From Pseudodesulfovibrio piezophilus C1TLV30 (GTDB lineage: Bacteria; Desulfobacterota; Desulfovibrionia; Desulfovibrionales; Desulfovibrionaceae), in NCBI RefSeq assembly GCF_000341895.1, contig NC_020409.1, forward strand, positions 2,100,001 to 2,132,000: DNA of 32,000 bases, read 5' to 3'. Shown here piece by piece: positions 25,649 to 32,000 of the stretch. The position numbers and the translations under genes were made by a program. Under the pieces are notes generated by a model. The model did no database searches and had not been told where the DNA came from. It saw only the letters and a program-made list of their open reading frames with translations. The first letter of the stretch is position 1; each line of letters starts with the position of its first letter.

Positions 25649-26371
25649 ATGGCCAGAAAAAAGAAAGAAAATTGTCCGCCTCTCGCGCTTTGGCTGGTCA
25701 CTTTTTCCGACCTGGTCACACTGCTGCTGACATTTTTCGTTCTGTTGCTGACAATGTCCTCCATGGACAATTCCGTCCTGACTCGTGTCACCTTGCACAC
25801 GGCCGATCTCGGCCTGCTGGACAAACGCGGTTCAGGCCGAGTCAATGCCAAGGAACGGCTCATAATCGATCTTATGGAACGGCCATGGGAAGTTCTCGAC
25901 AAGAAACAACGCCTCAAGGATCTGCTCTTTCCGGATGATGAGCTTCCCGAAGAAATCGAGAAATCAGACCTCAATGACAATCTTGAAGTCCTGGCGAAAC
26001 CTGACGGCGTTGCCTTGGTCTTCACGGACAAATTATTATTTGCCCCCGGTTCCAGCGAACTCTCCTCCCGAGGACAATTCGTCATTAACAGACTGATACC
26101 AATGATGACCCAGACCCGAGCACCGATCAACATCGCAGGATATACGGACGCCACGGAGGCATCACAAACGCCGCTGGAACTCTCAGGCGATCGGGCTTTG
26201 TCAGTCCTGACATATCTGGTATCCTCCGGAGTGGAAAACAATCGATTCTCCCTGTCTGCCTATGGAGACAGTGCCCCGGTGAGGGATGATCTGGGCAGAC
26301 CGGCCGCGTCGGACATGAATCGGCGGGTCGAAATACTTTTGAAAACAGCCCGACCCATCGGCGGCTATTGA
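25649..26371 (+). CDS. MotB-like stator subunit 2 (OmpA-like C-terminal domain)
   Basis: The gene starts 2 nt after the previous stop. The TM segment LALWLVTFSDLVTLLLTFFVLLLTMS also carries the conserved Asp. The OmpA-like domain includes IAGYTDAT, LSGDRALSV and NRRVEILL. Confidence 0.8.
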   Translation: MARKKKENCPPLALWLVTFSDLVTLLLTFFVLLLTMSSMDNSVLTRVTLHTADLGLLDKRGSGRVNAKERLIIDLMERPWEVLDKKQRLKDLLFPDDELPEEIEKSDLNDNLEVLAKPDGVALVFTDKLLFAPGSSELSSRGQFVINRLIPMMTQTRAPINIAGYTDATEASQTPLELSGDRALSVLTYLVSSGVENNRFSLSAYGDSAPVRDDLGRPAASDMNRRVEILLKTARPIGGY

Positions 26372-26468
26372 TGACCTCCCCCAAAGGGACTGTCTAAACT
26401 TTGTCTGGAAAACCCGAGGAAATCGGGCTATGAACTGACAAGTCAAACGGAAAATAAAGGTGGCCAGC

Positions 26469-26972
26469 ATGGCTAAAGAAGAATTGCCACAGGAAGAAAA
26501 GAAAAAGGGCGGAATGCTCAAGTGGATCATTATTGCCGTTCTGCTCATCGCCCTCGGTGTCGGCGGCTATTTCGGATATACCATGTTTCTTGCCGCCCCG
26601 GAGGAAGAAGCAGCCAGTGAACAACAGGCTGCCGACAAAGGGGATGAGCAGGCTCCTCTGGAATCACTGGAAGGAACCCTGACCCCACTGCCCGTGTTCC
26701 TCGTCAACCTGGCTGACCCCTTGGGGCGCAGGTATCTCAAGCTTGGCATGGAGGTCGAAGTTCGCGACCCTGAGGCACAGGCGGCGTTGACCAAGTATGA
26801 GGCCAAGATCAAGGATACGCTGCTGCTCCTCCTGTCCAGCAAAACTTATGAATCGCTCTCCAGCATAGAATCCAAGGTGGAACTCAAGCAGGAAGTGGCT
26901 GATCGACTCAACCAGATACTTGGCAAAGGCAGTGTTCTTCGCGTGTATATCACCGAGATGGTTATCCAGTAG
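26469..26972 (+). CDS. fliL: Flagellar basal-body-associated protein FliL
   Basis: A single N-terminal TM segment (WIIIAVLLIALGVGGYFGY) is followed by the FliL core FLVNLADPLGRRYLKLGMEVEV...IKDTLLLLLSSKTYESLSS...VYITEMVIQ. AAGGTGG at 26457-26463 favours ATG 26469 over GTG 26460. Confidence 0.85.
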   Translation: MAKEELPQEEKKKGGMLKWIIIAVLLIALGVGGYFGYTMFLAAPEEEAASEQQAADKGDEQAPLESLEGTLTPLPVFLVNLADPLGRRYLKLGMEVEVRDPEAQAALTKYEAKIKDTLLLLLSSKTYESLSSIESKVELKQEVADRLNQILGKGSVLRVYITEMVIQ

Positions 26973-27053
26973 CACGCCTTTTGCATAAGTTAATGCGGGC
27001 CGTCCTGCTTTTGACGGCGGTGACAGGAACAAAGTTTTCATGAGGTAAGCGAC

Positions 27054-27608
27054 ATGGCCGACGATCAAGATAAATTGGCACAGGAATGGGCGGACGCACT
27101 GCTGGACGGGGGTGATTCAGATGACCCATTGGCAGGGCTGGATAACGTGACTGACCCGGCTGATGCCGGAAGTGCAGACGTGGGCAACGAGGAAGAATCT
27201 CTTGCCGACGAATGGGCAGCCGCCCTGGCTGATTCCGAGCAGGATGAGGTGAAGCACGAAAAGGAACAGGCTTTTCTCTCCACCCAGACACACGAGTACG
27301 ACCTGCCGGATATGGGACCGGACGCCAAGGCCGGAAGTTCAAGCGGCAAGCGTGATCTCGACTTCATTCTCGATATTCCGCTTGAAGTCTCTGCCGAGTT
27401 GGGCCGGACAAAGCTACTTATCAACGAACTGCTCCAGTTGGGGCAGGGATCGGTTGTCGAGTTGAACAAACTGGCTGGCGAACCAATGGAAATATATGTC
27501 AACGGCAAGCTCGTTGCGCGCGGCGAAGCCGTTGTCATCAACGAAAAATTCGGTATCAGGCTGACGGATATCATCAGCCCCATCGAACGGGTGAAGCAAC
27601 TTGGATAA
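27054..27608 (+). CDS. fliN: Flagellar motor switch protein FliN (acidic N-terminal extension plus SpoA domain)
   Basis: The C-terminal sequence LDFILDIPLEVSAELGRTKLLINELLQLGQGSVVELNKLAGEPMEIYVNGKLVARGEAVVINEKFGIRLTDI is a canonical FliN/SpoA domain. Confidence 0.9.
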   Translation: MADDQDKLAQEWADALLDGGDSDDPLAGLDNVTDPADAGSADVGNEEESLADEWAAALADSEQDEVKHEKEQAFLSTQTHEYDLPDMGPDAKAGSSSGKRDLDFILDIPLEVSAELGRTKLLINELLQLGQGSVVELNKLAGEPMEIYVNGKLVARGEAVVINEKFGIRLTDIISPIERVKQLG

Positions 27609-28008
27609 CCTCCTTGGCACCAATGCCTCGGCAGTAAGTCCCATGAATCTCCCGGTCGCTGATACCGGACAGACCATTCTGGTCACGTTGGGATATCTCT
27701 GTCTGCTTCTCGGGGTCATTTTTCTGGCATACTGGCTCCTCAGAAAACTGGGGTTTCACGGAATGAGCACCCAGGGTGGCAAGGCGGCTCCCCGACTCGT
27801 CTCCCGCCTGATGCTGGGTAATCGACAAAGTGTGGCCGTCATTCGCTACAGGGAAACGGATTTGGTCATAGGCGTTACCGAAGAGCGTATATCACTGCTC
27901 AAGGAATTTGATGCAGACCAAAGCACAAACGAGGAAGACCCTCGGCCCGCCCCGAAAACATTTGCCGCGATACTGAAACGAACCAAAAGGAATGAGGAGC
28001 AAGGATGA
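27601..28008 (+). CDS. fliO: Flagellar biosynthesis protein FliO
   Basis: A small protein with a single TM segment (ILVTLGYLCLLLGVIFLAYWLL), encoded between fliN and fliP. RLMLGNRQSVAVIRYRETDLVIGVTEERISLLKE matches the FliO pattern. The start is either TTG 27601, which overlaps the fliN stop, or ATG 27643. The stop overlaps the fliP start (ATGA). Confidence 0.7.
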   Translation: MDNLLGTNASAVSPMNLPVADTGQTILVTLGYLCLLLGVIFLAYWLLRKLGFHGMSTQGGKAAPRLVSRLMLGNRQSVAVIRYRETDLVIGVTEERISLLKEFDADQSTNEEDPRPAPKTFAAILKRTKRNEEQG

Positions 28009-28775
28009 TGAGGGTCACTGGAAAACGCCTGACGATTTTCCTGCTCGCCCTCGGCGCAACACTGTTGCTCCCTCTGCTGGCCCAGGCACAGACTCCGAGC
28101 ATCCCCAAGCTGACCATGGAACTGGCTGCCGGGCAAGCCGAGCCGGGCGACATCTCGACTCTGCTCGAAATCCTCTTTGCTCTTACCGTGCTCAGCATGG
28201 CCCCGGCCATCATGCTGACCATGACCTCATTCACCCGCATCATCATTGTCTTCCATTTTCTGCGCCAAGCCATGGGAACCCAGCAGATGCCTCCCAACCA
28301 GATTCTGGCGGGACTGGCCATCTTCATGACCGTCGTCATCATGGCCCCCGTGGGCACGGCCATCAATAACACGGCCCTGCAACCCTATCTCAATGAGGAA
28401 ATCCAATTCCAGGAAGCCCTGGACCGGGCGCAGGTTCCCATCCGGGAATTCATGTTTAAGCACACCCGAGAAAAGGACCTGTCCATCTTCTATTCCATCA
28501 CCAAGGAAGACCGCCCGAAAAACAAGGAGGAGGTCAACACCCTGATGCTGGTGGCTGCCTTTGCCATTTCCGAGCTGAAGACAGGTTTTACCATCGGTTT
28601 TCTTATTTATATTCCATTCCTTATCCTGGATATGGTCGTGGCCTCCATCCTGCTTGCCATGGGTATGATGATGTTGCCGCCGGTCATGATATCCCTGCCG
28701 TTCAAGATTCTACTTTTTATTCTGATCGACGGCTGGAATCTACTCATCGGATCGCTGGTCAATACGTTTCAGTAG
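28005..28775 (+). CDS. fliP: Flagellar export apparatus protein FliP
   Basis: A signal peptide (LLLPLLAQAQ) is followed by LLEILFALTVLSMAPAIMLTMTSFTRIIIVFHFLRQAMGTQQMPPNQILAGLAIFMT and GFLIYIPFLILDMVVASILLAMGMMMLPP, the hallmark FliP/SctR sequences. Confidence 0.95.
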   Translation: MMRVTGKRLTIFLLALGATLLLPLLAQAQTPSIPKLTMELAAGQAEPGDISTLLEILFALTVLSMAPAIMLTMTSFTRIIIVFHFLRQAMGTQQMPPNQILAGLAIFMTVVIMAPVGTAINNTALQPYLNEEIQFQEALDRAQVPIREFMFKHTREKDLSIFYSITKEDRPKNKEEVNTLMLVAAFAISELKTGFTIGFLIYIPFLILDMVVASILLAMGMMMLPPVMISLPFKILLFILIDGWNLLIGSLVNTFQ

Positions 28776-28958
28776 TCACACGAAACGGCCTTCCCAGGGA
28801 GTGGTGCGCCATGATACACTACGGTACTCGGAGCAGACGTCCTTCAGGCAGACCCTTGACAGACAAGCAAAAAGCCTCACCCGACAGGCATGTGTTCAGG
28901 ACAGGACTTTAATTTTCGTAACGTATTCGTTGAAGAGTCTTTTTATGGAGAATCTCCC

Positions 28959-29228
28959 ATGACGCCAGAATTTGTTGTCGGTTTTGCCAGACAGGCCATT
29001 GAGATGACACTGATCATCTCTTTGCCCATGCTCGGCATCGGCATGGTGGTGGGAATCTTCATTTCGATCCTTCAGGCTGCCACGCAGATTCAGGAGATGA
29101 CCCTGACCATGGTTCCCAAAATCGTGGCGATCTTTGTGGCCCTGCTCATTGCATTCCCATGGATAATGGATAAAATGATGACGTATACAACTAATCTTTT
29201 CCTCAATCTTCCCAATTATATACGATAA
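28959..29228 (+). CDS. fliQ: Flagellar export apparatus protein FliQ
   Basis: The 89-aa product MTPEFVVGFARQAIEMTLIISLPMLGIGMVVGIFISILQAATQIQEMTLTMVPKIVAIF is canonical FliQ/SctS. GGAG at 28947-28950 supports ATG 28959 rather than the track start at 28890. Confidence 0.95.
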   Translation: MTPEFVVGFARQAIEMTLIISLPMLGIGMVVGIFISILQAATQIQEMTLTMVPKIVAIFVALLIAFPWIMDKMMTYTTNLFLNLPNYIR

Positions 29229-29357
29229 AAAAATCCTTGTCGCTTCTCCCCTTCTCGACGTTTTTTCCCCTTTTTCAAGATGCTGACAAGCATGAGGAAA
29301 ACACGTACCTTCTTCTCTGCGGCGAATTGACCCCATAACAACGTTCACGAGTACCTG

Positions 29358-31769
29358 ATGAAGAAAATGACCCCTTTGCCGGCCCAAGGACTTTCCCCAG
29401 CCAAGCTGCGCGCATCCCTGTCCCCGGAACGCGTTCCCTTTGCGGACAGCTCGAAAATCCCTGCCCGCAATGCTTACCCCAGCTTTCAACCTCGGGCGAT
29501 CCAGGCACTTTCCCTGGCCCTGGAGATTCCGGGGAATGAGCATAATGTCTATGTCTCAGGTGAACCGAACATGGGACGGACCTATTTCGTCAAATCCTTC
29601 CTAAAACCCGCAGCTGCCAAACGTCCGGCTCCATGTGACTGGATTTTTCTGCATAATTTTGAAGACAACGATCGTCCAACCTGCCTCGCCGTCCCCGCTG
29701 GACAGGGACGCAAACTCAAACAGGCCCAACACAAGGCCATGACCTTGATTCGTCAGGAAATTCCCGCACGCTTTGAAAAAGATGCCTTCCAGAAAAAACA
29801 CGAAAGCATGGTCAAGAAATTCAATACCAGACGTGAAGAACTTTTTAGCCGCATGGATGCCACGGCTGAAAAAGAGAACTTCAGTCTGAGCCTGGATGAC
29901 GACGGTGTCTTGACGCTTTCCCCCATCGTGGACGGTGAAGTTGTTTCGGACAAGGATTTCGACAAGTTCAAACCGGCTCAGCGAAAAGAATTGAAGGCCA
30001 AAGGCGAAGACCTGCTGGCACGAGTCAGTTCCATCCTGCGCCAGGTCAATCAAAATGAAGTGGAAATGCGCGACTCCGAAACCGATCTCCATCGGGAAAC
30101 GGCCAAAATGGTCATGGAAGAATGCTTTTCATCAGTAAGCCAGAAATTCAAGACCATTGAAGGGTTGACCGATTATTTCGAGGCTCTTGTGGAAGAGGTT
30201 GTGGAGAATGTCGACCAATTCATGCCAAAGGATTCATCCCTTGCAGGGTTGCTTCCCGAGGGAATGCAGGGGGGAGAAGATTTTTTCAACCGCTTTGAGA
30301 TCAATCTCTTCGTAGACAACGGCAAAACAAAGGGCGCGCCGGTGGTCGTGGAGGATCACCCCACGGCTTTCAACCTGCTCGGCTCCATTGAACGCGAAGC
30401 TGAAATGGGTGCTTTGTACACGGACTTTTCCTTGATCAAAGCTGGCTCCCTGCACAAGGCCAATGGTGGTTTTCTCATTCTCAACATTGAAGACCTGCTC
30501 TCCAATCCCAACTCATGGGAAGGCCTTCTCCGCGCCCTGCGTTCAGGACAATCTCGTATTGAGGACCCGGTGGACCCGGACCAGGTACGTGCCCGGACTC
30601 TTCAGCCCGCGCCCGTCAATCTGGATATCAAGATCATCCTCATCGGCACAGACGAACACTATGAGATGCTTCTCTACAACGATGATCGTTTCGACAAATA
30701 TTTCAAACTTAAGGCGCACCTTCAGCACGCCGCACCACGCACGGCTGCCAATATCAAGAGCTACCTATACGTCATAGGGCAAACGGCTCGCGAAGCCAAA
30801 ACCCTGCCATTTACCCGTGAAGCCTTGGCCGGTCTGGTGGATTTCGCTTCCCGCCTGGTTGAAGACCAGAAGCGGATTTCACTCTATGTCCCCCTGATTC
30901 GCGAACGTATGATCGAAGCGTCTGCCATGGCCCGTATGGCTGGCAAAAACACTGTCGGCCTGCCTGAATTGGCCGATGCCGTTTATGCCAAGGACTATCG
31001 TGTCAATCTCTACGAAGAAGAGTTCATGACCGACTATGACCGGCAGGTCATCAAGGTGGAAACCTCGGGCGAAGCTGTGGGACGCGCAAACGGTCTGTCC
31101 GTCACTCAATTCGGCGACTATGAATTCGGTTTGCCACATCAGATTTCCTGCACAGTGGGTGTCGGACACGGCGGCATTCTTGATTTGGAACGCGAAGCGC
31201 AGATGGGTGGCCCGATCCATACCAAAGGCATGATGATCATCAAATCCTATCTGGTACGTCTGTTCGCCCAAGACAAACCCATCGTCCTCACCGGCTCACT
31301 CTGCTTCGAACAATCCTACGGCGGCATTGACGGAGACTCCGCATCAGGAGCGGAGTTGGCATCCCTCCTCTCGGCGTTGTCAGGTGTGCCGATCAACCTT
31401 TCCTATGCCTTTACCGGAGCAGTTTCCCAATCCGGTGCAGTCATGGCCGTCGGCGGTGTCAACCGTAAAATCGAAGGGTTTTTCGAAGTCTGCCGTCGCA
31501 GGAAACTCACAGGAAATCAGGGAGTGATTCTCCCTGCCGACAACGTGGTCAATCTAATGCTCAAGGATGAGGTGGTCCAGGCTGTTGCCGAAGGGAAATT
31601 CACCATATTCCCGGTCAAGACCATTGAGGAAGCAATGCTTATCCTCACAGGCATGCGATGCGGAAAACCAAATAGACACGGAAAATATCCTACAAACTCT
31701 CTCTATCATAGAGTCAACCGCAGGCTCGCCGAACTGGGTACGCTTGCAGCACCAGGCAAAGAAGCATAA
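29358..31769 (+). CDS. Lon-like serine protease, LonC-type (AAA-like module with inserted helical domain plus S16 protease domain)
   Basis: The P-loop-like sequence is GEPNMGRT, with Arg where the Walker A Lys would be. A long Lys/Glu-rich insertion lies between it and GGFLILNIEDLL. The C-terminal Lon protease domain has GIDGDSASGAEL (catalytic Ser) and VGGVNRKIEGFF (catalytic Lys). Confidence 0.85.
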   Translation: MKKMTPLPAQGLSPAKLRASLSPERVPFADSSKIPARNAYPSFQPRAIQALSLALEIPGNEHNVYVSGEPNMGRTYFVKSFLKPAAAKRPAPCDWIFLHNFEDNDRPTCLAVPAGQGRKLKQAQHKAMTLIRQEIPARFEKDAFQKKHESMVKKFNTRREELFSRMDATAEKENFSLSLDDDGVLTLSPIVDGEVVSDKDFDKFKPAQRKELKAKGEDLLARVSSILRQVNQNEVEMRDSETDLHRETAKMVMEECFSSVSQKFKTIEGLTDYFEALVEEVVENVDQFMPKDSSLAGLLPEGMQGGEDFFNRFEINLFVDNGKTKGAPVVVEDHPTAFNLLGSIEREAEMGALYTDFSLIKAGSLHKANGGFLILNIEDLLSNPNSWEGLLRALRSGQSRIEDPVDPDQVRARTLQPAPVNLDIKIILIGTDEHYEMLLYNDDRFDKYFKLKAHLQHAAPRTAANIKSYLYVIGQTAREAKTLPFTREALAGLVDFASRLVEDQKRISLYVPLIRERMIEASAMARMAGKNTVGLPELADAVYAKDYRVNLYEEEFMTDYDRQVIKVETSGEAVGRANGLSVTQFGDYEFGLPHQISCTVGVGHGGILDLEREAQMGGPIHTKGMMIIKSYLVRLFAQDKPIVLTGSLCFEQSYGGIDGDSASGAELASLLSALSGVPINLSYAFTGAVSQSGAVMAVGGVNRKIEGFFEVCRRRKLTGNQGVILPADNVVNLMLKDEVVQAVAEGKFTIFPVKTIEEAMLILTGMRCGKPNRHGKYPTNSLYHRVNRRLAELGTLAAPGKEA

Positions 31770-31785
31770 ACCGTCCTTTCCCGTC

Positions 31786-31832
31786 CAAGACAATACGGCC
31801 TCGCATCCTGGATGTGAGGCCGTATTGTCTTG
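31786..31832. terminator. Long perfect hairpin between convergent genes (terminator-like, no U-tract)
   Basis: caagacaatacggcctc (31786-31802) pairs perfectly with gaggccgtattgtcttg (31816-31832) across a 13-nt loop. It lies between the Lon-like stop (31769) and a minus-strand stop at 31873. Confidence 0.6.
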
Positions 31833-31872
31833 ATAAACCGTTCTATCACGCTGTCCAAGGAATCCCAAAACC

Positions 31873-32000
31873 CTACCCTTCCATCATGATTTTCCTGATT
31901 TTATCCGCAAAATCCTGACTTCCTGCCCCTTTGGGAACAAGCTCAATCTGTGCGGCGCTTGCAATGCCGATCCCCAACTCCGCAGCTCGCCGAATCTGCT
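31873..32000 (-). CDS. 3-prime end of an unidentified minus-strand gene (truncated by the window edge)
   Basis: My own translation of the minus strand gives ...QIRRAAELGIGIASAAQIELVPKGAGSQDFADKIRKIMMEG* with a TAG stop at 31875-31873. This is the only open frame here and it reads as protein-like. It is too short for the ORF track and for any family assignment. Confidence 0.35.
   Translation of the reverse strand, partial: QIRRAAELGIGIASAAQIELVPKGAGSQDFADKIRKIMMEG

Noticed and set aside
24916-25938. 340-aa plus-strand ORF in an alternative frame
   Set aside because: It overlaps both motB paralogues out of frame. The product is Arg/Ser/Pro-rich and lacks structure. The two in-frame MotB products carry the TM-Asp and OmpA-like motifs.
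28890-28958. 23-codon N-terminal extension of fliQ suggested by the ORF track (similar extensions at 27..71, 4090..4203, 4124..4201 and 22857..22895)
   Set aside because: The family-typical N-termini and the Shine-Dalgarno sequences support the internal starts. The extensions add non-conserved residues.
23910-29357. Search for sigma-54 (TGGCAC-N5-TTGC) promoters upstream of motA, fliL, fliN, fliQ and the Lon-like gene
   Set aside because: No GG-N10-GC element with acceptable flanks was found by eye in any of these spacers. A matrix scan would be needed to be definitive.
1-32000. CRISPR arrays, tRNA/rRNA genes, IS elements or transposases, integrases, toxin-antitoxin pairs
   Set aside because: I found no short direct-repeat arrays, no tRNA-like T-arm or acceptor signatures outside coding frames, and no transposase- or integrase-like ORFs. 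The large repeats present are gene paralogues: the GT2 pair, the motB pair and the FtsX pair.

Overview
The window looks like a chromosomal segment of a Desulfovibrio-like sulfate reducer. That assignment is inferred from gene content and from the order of the flagellar genes, not from any search. There are no rRNA or tRNA genes, CRISPR arrays, or obvious mobile elements.

Gene content, left to right:
- Housekeeping and accessory genes: a CopZ-like metallochaperone, a small Cys4 protein, an orphan acidic Cys-free protein, dapF, an APC-family permease with a divergent LysR regulator, and a NodB/CE4-like deacetylase.
- A tightly packed five-gene operon at 5995-16621: a minimal FtsX-type permease, an ABC ATPase, a 1658-aa protein that fuses a degenerate M28/PA peptidase-like periplasmic module to an FtsX permease, and two ~660-aa polytopic OPT-like membrane proteins.
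- topA.
- Two tandem paralogous genes that each encode a TPR-like domain fused to a family-2 glycosyltransferase.
- yggS, then a flagellar block: motA, two motB paralogues, fliL, fliN, fliO, fliP, fliQ.
- A LonC-like protease and a truncated ORF on the minus strand.

The best candidate for an undescribed system is the asymmetric MacB/FtsX-type ABC operon with the pseudo-peptidase fusion and the OPT-like partners.

Two near-consensus sigma-28 (FliA) promoters were read directly from the sequence. One lies in front of the orphan acidic protein. The other lies in front of yggS-motA.
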